A stretch of 53,995 bases of DNA, filler included, from an uncultured virus (IMG/VR IMGVR_UViG_2061766007_002010) (Duplodnaviria; Heunggongvirae; Uroviricota; Caudoviricetes). It is 2 parts of one record of this genome, joined end to end, with 100 filler letters (N's around TTAATTAATTAA, not from the genome) between each part and the next. Parts side by side here need not be neighbours in the genome. Positions count along the whole stretch, not along the records: positions 23,438 to 53,995 come from IMGVR_UViG_2061766007_002010; 1 more part is not named here. One strand, given 5' to 3'. Made by a program: the position numbers and the translations under genes. The notes under the pieces are model-generated. The model did no database searches, was not told where the DNA came from, and saw only the letters and a program-made list of their open reading frames with translations. Shown here piece by piece: positions 32,278 through 42,311 of this stretch (within the stretch, counting starts at the first letter, position 1; every line of letters starts with the position of its first letter).

Positions 32278-34209
32278 TTACTTCTTTTCTGTTGCAAAAA
32301 GGTTAATAAGAGTGTCCTTGCTTAACTGGGTTAAGTCAAGTCCGACTTCAGTTTCTGTATCGCCATCGGCAACAGTAGTGAAACCTGCCTTTTCAAGAAT
32401 AGGCTTCAAATCGATGAACGAACGACACTTATTCTTAAGATTTTCGATATAGACCTGAGCGTACTTCTGGTTAGGAACACGTCCTCCACCCTGAGTAAGG
32501 TCCATGAGATAAACTCTGTTATCCACAATCAATGCACACTGCTTATCGCGTTCATTATCAACTGGGATAATAAACTCAGCAACGACATTGTTAGGATCAC
32601 ACATTGGACATTCATTACCCTTATATGAAGAATATTCGCGGTACCCCATTCTAGAACGATCTTCTCTTGCTACGAAGAGCTTGAACTGAGACTTCGGATT
32701 ACCAGAGAACTGGCTAACAGAAATCTTACCGTCTGGGCAAGTCTGGCTGATATAGAACAATTCGGTTGCTTCTGGGTCAGCATTGGTCATGTCGCCAGAG
32801 TAGATAATCTTATTGTCCATATCGGTATAACCTGCATTCCAACCGTATGAACGATTGAAAATGTCAGCCATGTGAAGGTCAAAGTCACGAGTTCCCCATT
32901 CATTTCTCCAATAGATACCGACGATGTTGTGGTCGTCTGCCATATCGACAGAAGTTCCGAATGGATAGTTACCAATGAAATTCTTTTCAGAGGTAGGAAT
33001 AGTCAAATTGACATTCTTCGGGTAACGAACAGCACATGCCTTATCCTTGATGGAATCGACAAGAGAGTTCTCAAGCATGGTATAAACTTGCATGAGGTAA
33101 GAAGTCAATGACTGAGAAGGCTTTGGTGCTTCTTCTCTAACCCACATCTTTCCGTTTCTGATTACATACATGCTACCAGATGCATTCTGGAGCTTTGCAA
33201 GAATTGCTTGCATAACAGTAACCTTCTTATAGTTATTAACGTTATCTTTTTCAAGATGTTCTGCAACTTCCTTCAAAGGCTTAACTTCAGTAAGGATAGT
33301 TTCCCAGAAACCAGCCTTAAACGGCTTATGATCCTTAACAGCCATACGTCTGATACGGTTAATAACAGAAGCATTGGTTTCATTGTTTGTACCGACGCCA
33401 AGCTTTGCAGCTGCTCTCTTGAATGCTTCAGTAGTCATAGAGCTAGGAACGCTAGCAGTAGACTTAAATGCCAAGAAGATTGGCTTAAATCTATAGAATA
33501 CAGATGCAAGAATATGAAGCTGGTTTTCATTCAGCTTGGTGAAATCTACCTTAGTAGCATTCTGCTTAATAGTTTCAAGGGTTGCCTTGTCCTTGATAAG
33601 CATAGCCTTACCAGTTGCCTTGTAAACAAAGTAACGGATCATATTGAATGCACTATTACCGTAGAGACCGGTAATATCCATCAACATGATATTAGCTTCC
33701 TTGTTCTTGATAGTATCAATATCAAGTGCATACTTTTCGTAACGCTTTCCCTCAGTAATGTACTCAATGAGAACATCAAGAGTACCAGATTCAAGTGCAA
33801 TACCAGACTGAAGCATCTTGACACAGCGGTCATAGATTTCCTTGTCAGTTGCAGGCATGATAACCTTGAAAGACTTATACGGGATTTCTACTTCTGGTTC
33901 CTGGTTAGGAACATAACCGTTACCGACAGCAAAGTCAGTACCGTAAGTAGATGCATAATGCAAAAGCTGATCGACTAAGAGTTCAAATCTTGTCTTGGAA
34001 GTAATATCCTGCCACTTGGCATAGAAAGTCTTATTATAATTGGTCTTGGCTTCAGCCTTAACCCATTCCAAAACAGTCTTGGTGCAACAATCTGGGTGGA
34101 TAATCCAACCATACTTTGAAGATTCTGCGTTAACAGCTTCAAATGAAAGTGCATTTTCCTTAGTTGCCTTAGGCGCAACATTGAACATAGTAATCAACTT
34201 AAGATTCAT
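32278..34209 (-). CDS. Conserved hypothetical protein with TerD-like C-terminal domain
   Basis: 643 aa; GIYW...RDFDLH...YSGDMTNADPEATELFYI resembles TerD DLDL/HSGD..A...EF motifs. Confidence 0.6.
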   Translation of the reverse strand: MNLKLITMFNVAPKATKENALSFEAVNAESSKYGWIIHPDCCTKTVLEWVKAEAKTNYNKTFYAKWQDITSKTRFELLVDQLLHYASTYGTDFAVGNGYVPNQEPEVEIPYKSFKVIMPATDKEIYDRCVKMLQSGIALESGTLDVLIEYITEGKRYEKYALDIDTIKNKEANIMLMDITGLYGNSAFNMIRYFVYKATGKAMLIKDKATLETIKQNATKVDFTKLNENQLHILASVFYRFKPIFLAFKSTASVPSSMTTEAFKRAAAKLGVGTNNETNASVINRIRRMAVKDHKPFKAGFWETILTEVKPLKEVAEHLEKDNVNNYKKVTVMQAILAKLQNASGSMYVIRNGKMWVREEAPKPSQSLTSYLMQVYTMLENSLVDSIKDKACAVRYPKNVNLTIPTSEKNFIGNYPFGTSVDMADDHNIVGIYWRNEWGTRDFDLHMADIFNRSYGWNAGYTDMDNKIIYSGDMTNADPEATELFYISQTCPDGKISVSQFSGNPKSQFKLFVAREDRSRMGYREYSSYKGNECPMCDPNNVVAEFIIPVDNERDKQCALIVDNRVYLMDLTQGGGRVPNQKYAQVYIENLKNKCRSFIDLKPILEKAGFTTVADGDTETEVGLDLTQLSKDTLINLFATEKK

Positions 34210-34260
34210 ATTTTCCTCTTTTTTCCTCTTTTCTTTATTGTTGTGTGTATTTAAAAAACT

Positions 34261-34329
34261 CTCGCCTCCGCGAAATGTAGTTTTGCCTAAGAATTCATCA
34301 TTAATAGGAACATTTTTTGCGGAAGCGAG
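34261..34329 (-). ncRNA. Putative structured cis-regulatory 5' leader RNA
   Basis: Minus strand CUCGCUUCCGC/GCGGAGGCGAG 11-bp stem (one G-U), AAAUGU/ACAUUU and CCUA/UAGG inner stems; begins at predicted TSS; GC-rich in AT-rich intergenic DNA. Confidence 0.6.
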
Positions 34330-34333
34330 CTTA

Positions 34334-34362
34334 AATATAGTATTTTATTTATAAAATGTAAA
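34334..34362 (-). promoter_or_regulatory. Early promoter with nested late promoter motif
   Basis: TTTACA-N17-TATATT; TATAAATA at 34346-34353 inside the spacer. Confidence 0.7.
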
Positions 34363-34366
34363 CCCG

Positions 34367-35614
34367 TTATTTCGTAATTATTTCCATTTCATAAAAATAT
34401 TTTTGAATAACNNNNNNNNNNNNNNNNCCATCATTAATCCATTCTTCAAGATTTGGCATTTCCATGTTGATTAAATCGCCTACATTCTTCCATCTAAGAC
34501 ACTTCTTCATTCTGAACATTGTCTTAATCTGGTTAATAATAATCTCGTATCTTTCCCTGGTCAAATATTTGGTAACGTTCTTACACATATCCTTGAACAG
34601 GTCTACAAGTTCTTGAGCATGTTCTTCATCGGTACAAGCATTCATGACCAGAATACCGTTCTTTGTAACCAGATGAATATCACCCATGACATAATAGCTT
34701 AAACCACGTTTTTCTCTGATTTCTTGACAGAAAGGAGAATTCAAACCATCACAAAGCATTTGCATGCCGATAAATGCATTTGGATATTCTGTCTTAATAA
34801 CTGGTAGCTTACTGAAAACAAAAACATTAACTTTTTCTGAATCGGCTACTGGCATAATCTCCTGTTTACGGTCCTTAAATTTAAGCGTGACCGGTTCAGG
34901 CATAGTATCTAAAAATTCAATATTACTGAAATCACTTCTGGTTTTTCCGACTTCAATAATTCTAAGGGGTTTTGTATAGAAGTCTTTTGCAGTTTGTAAC
35001 ATCTGTTCATAGGTAATGGCATCAATATCTGCTGGAATGCCTGTTGGGTCATGAACGTCGAAATAGTTATAGATTAAATTCGTATAGTGACCATCATTTG
35101 GGTCTTCATAGGAGTCAAGAAGTTCTTGCATAACGATTTTCTTTTCGTTTTCAAATTCTTCTTTCGTAATATTAACATAGTCATTCAATAATGCTTTGAC
35201 AAGTTCTTGTTTAAAATCAGTTGTTAGCTTATCTTCTAATCCTCTAAAATAAACAACGACATAATTCTGCGAAGTTGACGCGTTGAAATCTATACAGTCA
35301 TTTGTAAATCTGTCCATATATTTATCAACGCTTTTAGTAATCAAGTGTTCCATCAAGTGAGATATTCCACGCTGACCNNNNNNNNNNATTCTTTGTAACC
35401 AGATGAATATCACCCATGACATAATAGCTTAAACCACGCTTTTCTCTGATTTCCTGACAGAAAGGAGAATTCAAACCATCACAAAGCATTTGCATACCGA
35501 TAAATGCATTTGGATATTCTGTCTTAATAACTGGTAGCTTACTGAANNNNNNNNNNTATTTAGCGAAGTTAGTCCAAGTATATTTTTCTTAAAAATATGC
35601 CCTGCTTTAATCAT
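34367..35614 (-). CDS. M16 (insulinase-family) zinc peptidase; interrupted by a mis-scaffolded duplicate fragment
   Basis: GQRGISHLMEHL (HxxEH), FNASTS, EIREKRGLSYYV; likely start MIKAGHIFKKNILGLTSL at 35614. Confidence 0.8.
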
Positions 35615-35931
35615 TATGTTCCTTTAATTTATTCATCATTTTATTCTCATAGTCAGGACTATAAAATNNNNNNNNNNNNNNNNNNNNNNNNNNNNNNNNN
35701 NNNNNNNNNNNNNNNNNNNNNNNNNNNNNNNNNNNNNNNNNNNNNNNNNNNNNNNNNNNNNNNNNNNNNNNNNNNNNNNNNNNNNNNNNNNNNNNNNNNN
35801 NNNNNNNNNTCGTCGTCGTATATTTTTCTAATGAGATCATCCGAATAATACCTATGTAAAAATTTATCATAGGTATCTAATGTTTCTGTGTGTTCCGGAT
35901 AATCTTGTTTTAACCGTTCAACGATATACAT
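35607..35931 (-). CDS. Hypothetical protein (gapped)
   Basis: Start 35931 with SD AGGAG; end 35607 after gap. Confidence 0.55.
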
Positions 35932-35942
35932 AATACACTCCT

Positions 35943-36515
35943 TTAAAAATGTGTAATATGGTCTCTATTATGGTATGCTTCTACTTCATTTGTCTCGGTA
36001 TCATATACGAGCAAATCAAGGTTATAAAACTTAAATCCCTTGCTGTTAATCACATCATAAGGTGTGATTGCCTTATTGCCTGTCAGATAGTGGTAAATAT
36101 ATCTGATAACCATGCCATGGCTTACACAGACAATGTTATTAATGTTTTCAAATGTATCGTGTAACACATTGAAAAACTTGAAGACAATATCGATTTGCTT
36201 TTCCATATCGGTTGCACGTAATGGAACAATCTTTTCAAATTCTTCTTGTGTTACTTCCCAAAACTTCAGATGTTCCAGTTCCTTGCAGTCGAATTCATTT
36301 AATTCACNNNNNNNNNNNNNNNNNNNNNNNNNNNNNNNNNNNNNNNNNNNNNNNNNNNNNNNNNNNNNNNNNNNNNNNNNNNNNNNNNNNNNNNNNNNNN
36401 NNNNNNNNNNNNNNNNNNNNNNNNNNNNNNNNNNNNNCTCCTGGCTATAATCCTGAACCATTGCTCCCGTAAGGTTCGGTGCCGTAGGTGCGTGTCTCAA
36501 AAAATAAATCTTCAT
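35943..36515 (-). CDS. Histidine phosphatase (phosphoglycerate mutase-like)
   Basis: IYFLRHAPT, ELNEFDC, VCVSHGMVIR. Confidence 0.8.
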   Translation of the reverse strand: MKIYFLRHAPTAPNLTGAMVQDYSQEXXXXXXXXXXXXXXXXXXXXXXXXXXXXXXXXXXXXXXXXXXXXELNEFDCKELEHLKFWEVTQEEFEKIVPLRATDMEKQIDIVFKFFNVLHDTFENINNIVCVSHGMVIRYIYHYLTGNKAITPYDVINSKGFKFYNLDLLVYDTETNEVEAYHNRDHITHF

Positions 36516-36524
36516 TATTAAATC

Positions 36525-36884
36525 CTAACGTGTTTGGCGATAAATTCNNNNNNNNNNNNNNNNNNNNNNNNNNAACAGAACTTTCAAAATATCGTCTGGT
36601 TTTTCTGTTCTATAGATTACCTGATCGGTACATCTAAATGGGTTATTGTCGACGCCATTGAAATAAAGATAGAAACTTTCTTCGTCAAATACCAGCATGG
36701 CGTCAGTATATCCGGTATTTTCGTCTTGGATATAGAATTTATAACCAAGAACTCCGTCAACTTGTGTTTTACACAAAGCGGTCATTTGAATGTCAAGAAC
36801 TGACCTAAACTGTTCATACATCTCTTCACAATTTGCAAATGCCATTGCGATGCAAAACAGAACAGCGATTATTGTCTTTTTCAT
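36525..36884 (-). CDS. Hypothetical exported protein
   Basis: Signal peptide MKKTIIAVLFCIAMAFA. Confidence 0.65.
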   Translation of the reverse strand: MKKTIIAVLFCIAMAFANCEEMYEQFRSVLDIQMTALCKTQVDGVLGYKFYIQDENTGYTDAMLVFDEESFYLYFNGVDNNPFRCTDQVIYRTEKPDDILKVLXXXXXXXXXXIYRQTR

Positions 36885-36892
36885 GGTTTTAC

Positions 36893-37117
36893 CTACTTTG
36901 TGTTGGCAATCATTGTCATGCAATTTGCCAGGTCTTCTACATTTGAAATGTTATTAGCAACAAGTTTATTGCCACTTGTATAAATGTTAAATTCGTTAAA
37001 TTGTTGACGTACTATAAACTTCCTTCCTGATTTAGCTGAAAATTTGAAATAATCCAAATTTTTCTCATGTGCCTTAGAAAGAAGTTCTTTTACTTCAATA
37101 ATAACTTTACTCAACAT
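36893..37117 (-). CDS. Hypothetical protein
   Basis: 74 aa, SD GAGG, downstream of early promoter. Confidence 0.65.
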   Translation of the reverse strand: MLSKVIIEVKELLSKAHEKNLDYFKFSAKSGRKFIVRQQFNEFNIYTSGNKLVANNISNVEDLANCMTMIANTK

Positions 37118-37135
37118 ATATACACCTCAGGTATT

Positions 37136-37164
37136 AATATAGCAAAAGTGTATTACGTTGTAAA
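37136..37164 (-). promoter_or_regulatory. Sigma70-like early promoter
   Basis: TTTACA-N17-TATATT. Confidence 0.7.
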
Positions 37165-37176
37165 TACTTTTTTTAC

Positions 37177-37913
37177 TTATTTTTTAAATAAAGCTGCAAA
37201 AAAACTAAGTAATAACTCAAAAAAGCCTTGTTTTTTAGCAGGTTTCTGCTTTACTTCTGGTTTTTCTGAAACTTGTGGAACTTTGACCTCAACAGGTTTC
37301 TCTTCGATAATAGGTTCAGGTTCTGGCTCTACTATTTCTTCTGCTTCTTCAATTACTATAGGAGGAGGAAATAGCTTTGATTTGAAATCTTCCCACTCAG
37401 AAATATCATTAGTGTCCTCATTCCAACCAACTACACCTGGACAAGGTTTACCGTTTACATCATAATGTCTAATAACATTATATGGACTGACTTCATATTC
37501 GAGACAAAGCTTCTTTACAAGTTCAACTGTATTGTTTATTACAGCGTCTGTAAAGTCCCAGTTCTCGTCATTTGCAGCAGTTATCTTTTTAAGGTGATTA
37601 GTAGAACACATTTCGATACCGATAGAATTAGCACTAGTACAGATTTTATATAATGAACCGCCCTTAGTCTTATATTTAGAACCACCACAATGCCAAGTAT
37701 ATCTATTTTTTATATCAGGATTATACTGAACAATATTTTCGTCGTCAACTATGAAATCAGCAGATGCCTTTGTTGTTTCCTTGGCAAAATATTTCGCCGT
37801 TGATTTAGCAGTTCCTGGTTTGCTAGTAGTTCCTGCTGTATAGTGAATAACGATGTATTTAATTTCTCTGTTCTTTTTGGCAGTAGTATTGGCTGTGTTT
37901 GTGCATTCTATGA
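37177..37913 (-). CDS. N-acetylmuramoyl-L-alanine amidase (Amidase_2), probable endolysin; start in gap
   Basis: YIVIHYTAG, SADFIVD, TWHCGG, NSIGIEMC, IRHYDVNGKPCPG; P/E-rich linker and amphipathic C-terminus. Confidence 0.9.
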
Positions 37914-38072
37914 NNNNNNNNNNNNNNNNNNNNNNNNNCGGATAAAATTCCGATTCTTTTGAATGCATTCTCAAACTTTATGCGTTAAGGATTAGACCTT
38001 TCCGCCCTTTGCCCAAGGTGGTACATTCTGCTTTGTTTCTTTTGATTTTGCCATTTTTTCCTCCATGTATTA

Positions 38073-38080
38073 TATTTATA
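38073..38080 (-). promoter_or_regulatory. Late promoter TATAAATA upstream of lysis region
   Basis: TATTTATA on plus strand overlapping stop of the upstream gene. Confidence 0.65.
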
Positions 38081-39298
38081 AACTATCTCTTAGTAATTTC
38101 TTAATTTTTGCTGTATTATAGTTATATTTGGTTATTTCAGGATGAGATTTAAGAACCTGACAGAGAGTAAGAATTTCATTAAAGTATTTATGTTGTTTTT
38201 CTCTTGGTAATTCTTTAAACTTATTACTGAACAGGTGGGTTACAAGTTTCTTTGCAATCGGAGTTACATTAACAGATTTCTGGATTGCTGCGATATAGTT
38301 CGGTAATTTCTGATGGAGCTTTGCTTCATATTCGAGTTCGTCAGAAGCATAGGCACCAGTTGCGATAACTTTATGAGCGTCATATTCATGTGCGTCTTCA
38401 GTTCCATCCAATTGCTTGTTGTTAGCCTGAATGAAATGAGTCAATTCATGATGTAAGACTTCTTTGAAAAAACCGTTGAAATATTTGTTCATGATTGCAT
38501 TGACTACTTCCTGAGGAGTCTGTGCTTCTTTTTCAGCTTCTTCTACGGCTTTTTTGAATTTAAATGAATCGTCTGGTGCTTGATAAGTATAGGAACTATA
38601 ACCGCCATAATAACCTGTTCCACCACCATAACGGTTAGCGAATCTTGCATATAAGGCATCACGTTCTGGAGTTCTTCCTTGAGCTGGTCTTGCAGCTGTT
38701 TTCTTTTTCTTAGGTGCAACTTTAGACATGTCGACGTTTCCACGATAGAGGCGAGTTAAAATATCGTCGACTTGTTTCTGGTTTTGAGGCTTTTCTTGTT
38801 GTGCTCTTGTTTCAGGGAAAGGAATTTGGTTGCTTAATCTTGAAGTATATTTTCCTTCAGTCATCTTTGTTGTTTTTGCAGAAGTCTTAGTTTCTTCAGT
38901 TGCAATGACGTTAGGTAAGTTAATCATCAAAACTACTGGATCAGTATCGGGATTGGTATCGCCCATAGCGTTAGCATACAATGTTCCCTTTCCTCTTCCC
39001 TTCTGAGCGTCATAGTCTGACTTAACGTCCTTTTTATCGCCATAAAGTTTAACAGTTAAAGCTTTCATTCTTACAGGTTCTGGTCTATATGTAACAGGAA
39101 CCATTAAAGCTGGGATTTCAATAGTAATAGTCTTGTCTACATCCTGACCATCATAAACCTTATCAAGCATCTGAGTAATTCTTTGCTTTAACAAAGTCAT
39201 AATGCGTTCTTTATACTTGATAACAAGTTCTTCTACGTCGAAGGTTCTATTTTCGGTCAACATAGACTCTTTTACCAAATATCCAGATTCAGTAAGAA
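38076..39298 (-). CDS. Putative internal head protein with zincin (HExxH) metallopeptidase domain; start in gap
   Basis: LTESGYLVKESMLTE leader-like motif; VLHHELTHFIQ...YASDELEYEA. Confidence 0.6.
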
Positions 39299-39327
39299 NN
39301 NNNNNNNNNNNNNNNNNNNNNNNNNNN

Positions 39328-39782
39328 TTTTTGGAGAATTTTTGGTCATATTCATCACAGTATTCAGTTAATCTTGAAATACTGTCTTCGATTGACGACT
39401 GAACCTCGGCTGTTGGTTCTTGCGGTCTTAAGGAATCGATAATATCACGGATAGCCATGAAATACTTATCGAACTTTTCAAACTTGAACCTAACACGCTT
39501 GTCTCCATCATATTCATAATACTGAGACATAATAAAATCATCAGAAACTTGGTGTATTTCTTTCAGATACTTATATAGTCTGATATTACAATATGTAAAA
39601 TCGTCTTCATCAGTTCGGAACGTTATTGTTCCTACTACCGTTTCTCGATATAGAACATGCCATACAGTATCATTTAATACATGCATAGGTTGAATATCGA
39701 AACCAAGCTTATCGAGAAGAACTCTTAATAGATAAGATGATTGATTAAGGTAGTCAAATATTTTTTTATCTTCTGGTCTCAT
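39328..39782 (-). CDS. Hypothetical protein (probably separate from the downstream gene; junction in gap)
   Basis: 5' part of ORF 38076-39782 before the N run. Confidence 0.55.
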
Positions 39783-39784
39783 GG

Positions 39785-39970
39785 TTAATTAGCCGGCAAA
39801 GCGGTTAAAATTGCGATAAAGACAACGTTAAATACGTAGAACTTAAAGAAAGTCCAAAGAACCGTACTAACGTCCATCTTTTTGTTAACGTCAATATTTG
39901 CAACGCAGATAATCAAGAAAAAGACTTCTACGACAAATAGGATTGCTGCATATCCTAATACACTAAGCAT
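39785..39970 (-). CDS. Small two-TM membrane protein
   Basis: 61 aa, two hydrophobic stretches, SD GAGG, overlaps upstream stop. Confidence 0.65.
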   Translation of the reverse strand: MLSVLGYAAILFVVEVFFLIICVANIDVNKKMDVSTVLWTFFKFYVFNVVFIAILTALPAN

Positions 39971-40160
39971 TGGTTACCTCTTGAGTCTTTGCGACCGGAT
40001 GGGTTTTATCTTTTTCGACAGATTTGATGTCGCATGAAACGCCATAAGCTTCCTTCACAAATTCTGTAAGAATTGCTCGGACGTCATCTTCATCTTTACC
40101 GTATCGTTTAAAGATGTATGGTTCTTTGTTAATAACAACTAGACATTTATATCTATCCAT
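39963..40160 (-). CDS. Hypothetical protein
   Basis: 65 aa, SD AGGAG. Confidence 0.7.
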   Translation of the reverse strand: MDRYKCLVVINKEPYIFKRYGKDEDDVRAILTEFVKEAYGVSCDIKSVEKDKTHPVAKTQEVTNA

Positions 40161-40183
40161 ATATTAAAAACTCCTTTTACTAT

Positions 40184-40212
40184 AATATAGTAAAAAGAGT
40201 TCATTTTGTAAA
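40184..40212 (-). promoter_or_regulatory. Sigma70-like early promoter
   Basis: TTTACA-N17-TATATT. Confidence 0.7.
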
Positions 40213-40219
40213 TAGTATT

Positions 40220-40921
40220 CTATTNNNNNNNNNNNNNNNNNNNNNNNNNNNNAACTACAGAATATCTTTCGTTATTTTCGATTAATTTCTGATTTTTTTG
40301 ATACATATCATTAAAGACATGCGGCAACATAACTTCAACATGTGGGAAATTATATTTTAACTCTACCTCTTTTTCTTTACAATAAGTTGCAAATTTATTG
40401 ATAATTTCCTTACGATATGCATCAATATCTACAATCATATAATTGTCCTTGATTACACCGATATACTTATCAATATCACATGGTGCAAGAACAACTGCTT
40501 GACAGGTATCATAACCAGTTCTCAGTTTATAACCGAGTTTCAACAAACCAGTATATTGAAGAACTTCCTCGTCTAGCTTAGTAAGATTTTTTGCTGCAAG
40601 TTTAGCATCGCTTAATAACTTTTCAAAGATTTGATTCATGGGTTTTTCCTTGAAATCTGTTGCGGAAACATAACCATGTGCATGAAAAATCTTAGCATAA
40701 GTAGGTTCAAAATAGCTAGAGATCTGATTATAATATTCCTTAGGTACTTTTGAAGGCATTGTTGAATACCAAACTACTGCATGCATTCCTAAATCTGCTT
40801 TGAGTTGAAAATAACTACAAAACCAATCTTTATCTTCTGGATATTTATCAACCATCCAAATAAGACCATTCAGCAAGTCATTTGTCATCTTGTCTAATTC
40901 TTTATCTGTATACGAACTCAT
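40220..40921 (-). CDS. Hypothetical protein
   Basis: 233 aa ORF in tight minus-strand array. Confidence 0.7.
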   Translation of the reverse strand: MSSYTDKELDKMTNDLLNGLIWMVDKYPEDKDWFCSYFQLKADLGMHAVVWYSTMPSKVPKEYYNQISSYFEPTYAKIFHAHGYVSATDFKEKPMNQIFEKLLSDAKLAAKNLTKLDEEVLQYTGLLKLGYKLRTGYDTCQAVVLAPCDIDKYIGVIKDNYMIVDIDAYRKEIINKFATYCKEKEVELKYNFPHVEVMLPHVFNDMYQKNQKLIENNERYSVVXXXXXXXXXX

Positions 40922-40930
40922 TTTATCCCT

Positions 40931-41425
40931 CTAATTCTTTTGTAATAGCTTCAAGANNNNNNNNNNNNNNNNNNNNTGAATTTCAAATTCATCACTATAA
41001 ATCATACTGAGATTATCAATGACTTTATATTTTGCTTCACTTCCCCAAATTTGATTAAGTTCCACAAGCTTGCGTTGGATGTCTTCGACTGCGGCAGCAA
41101 TACTACCATCAATAGACTTCATGTCAAAATATGTTTCAGAGTAACCACTTGATTCCTCATAGACATGGAAAGTATTGATAAAATATCTCTTACCATCAAC
41201 GAGTGTTCCGACTTCGCTTTCAATTTTCTTAGAAATATTTTCTGGTAAGAATTCTGCATTGTCATCTGCATATTCAAAATTACCACCGCTTGCTTCTGCT
41301 ACACATTCACTGATAAAAGTATAGAATGCCTTAGGATGATCTGCATGATAAGTTACATAAAACTTCTCTGCATCACCATCTTTTACTGCTTGGTAATTAA
41401 AATAATTTTTCAATTCTTCGGTCAT
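40931..41425 (-). CDS. Hypothetical protein
   Basis: 164 aa ORF, SD GGAG. Confidence 0.7.
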   Translation of the reverse strand: MTEELKNYFNYQAVKDGDAEKFYVTYHADHPKAFYTFISECVAEASGGNFEYADDNAEFLPENISKKIESEVGTLVDGKRYFINTFHVYEESSGYSETYFDMKSIDGSIAAAVEDIQRKLVELNQIWGSEAKYKVIDNLSMIYSDEFEIXXXXXXXXLKLLQKN

Positions 41426-41427
41426 GT

Positions 41428-41643
41428 TTATCTCCAGTTTAAATCGATATATGTTATAATTTTATCCAATCCGTACCACGAACCAAGGACAACCAAAATA
41501 TCTGCAAAAATTAGTGCTGCACTAAAAAAGAACGGAAGTGAATATTCTTTAACAAGATAGCCAATACCATAAATGGTTCCAAGCATACACATGAACCAAA
41601 TAAACATTATAACAAGAGAAACTGCTGTTGCTATAAATTTCAT
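41428..41643 (-). CDS. Small two-TM membrane protein
   Basis: 71 aa hydrophobic, SD AGGAG. Confidence 0.7.
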   Translation of the reverse strand: MKFIATAVSLVIMFIWFMCMLGTIYGIGYLVKEYSLPFFFSAALIFADILVVLGSWYGLDKIITYIDLNWR

Positions 41644-41652
41644 ATTAACTCC

Positions 41653-41997
41653 TTAATAAATATCTTCTATAAATGATCTGGTTTCTACTGGGAATTTAAC
41701 ATCTTCACCATTTTTTGCAAATGAAACCATATCAATATGATGTTCTTCTTTTGATAGCAGACCATCTTTCAATTCAAATCTGACATTATGTAATGGTCTT
41801 CCACATTCTGGACAAAACTTAATCGGCGCGATAGAACCACTATAACTTATATACCATGGATTATCGTCACCATGTCTATAAAACAAATGCCATTCGCCAG
41901 AACCAAATGCACTATAACTTACACGCTTGAACCACTTTCTAGGTGTCATATCGTGTCTTTTTGTTTCATATTCTACTTTCTCACAATATTCACACAT
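41653..41997 (-). CDS. Zinc-ribbon hypothetical protein
   Basis: MCEYCE...IKFCPECGRPL, a common phage CxxC...CPxCG pattern. Confidence 0.7.
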   Translation of the reverse strand: MCEYCEKVEYETKRHDMTPRKWFKRVSYSAFGSGEWHLFYRHGDDNPWYISYSGSIAPIKFCPECGRPLHNVRFELKDGLLSKEEHHIDMVSFAKNGEDVKFPVETRSFIEDIY

Positions 41998-42167
41998 TAT
42001 TTAACTAGTCTCCATTTAACAATATCATCTTGATAAACACATTCACCATTTTCATCTATTAATGAATGTTCTGTATATTCTTCTACATAGCCATCACCGA
42101 AATCATCGACACTTTCCATGATTTGTTCTTCACAATCATGTGTGGTAATCTTAGTTCTGTCATCAAA
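41997..42167 (-). CDS. Hypothetical protein, C-terminal fragment
   Basis: FDDRTKITTHDCEEQ...DIVKWRLVK* after gap. Confidence 0.45.
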   Translation of the reverse strand, partial: FDDRTKITTHDCEEQIMESVDDFGDGYVEEYTEHSLIDENGECVYQDDIVKWRLVK

Positions 42168-42311
42168 NNNNNNNNNNNNNNNNNNNNNNNNNNNNNNNNN
42201 NNNNNNNNNNNNNNNNNNNNNNNNNNNNNNNNNNNNNNNNNNNNNNNNNNNNNNNNNNNNNNNNNNNNNNNNNNNNNNNNNNNNNNNNNNNNNNNNNNNN
42301 NNNNNNNNNNN

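Noticed and set aside
26333..33978. Long antisense ORFs (e.g. 26699-27274, 30247-31182, 33208-33978)
   Set aside because: Shadows of codon-biased genes on the other strand, without SD, promoter or recognisable motifs
34261..34329. tRNA interpretation of the GC-rich hairpin
   Set aside because: No cloverleaf, T-loop or CCA; retained only as a leader RNA candidate
35389..35546. Near-identical repeat of about 34660-34817 inside the M16 gene, resembling a DGR template/variable pair
   Set aside because: Bounded by N gaps on both sides, only a few transition differences, no reverse transcriptase nearby, and it splits the peptidase N-terminus; most likely a mis-scaffolded strain variant
38076..39782. 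Single 568-aa ORF
   Set aside because: Fusion depends on a gap; a leader-like motif directly after the gap suggests a separate gene start
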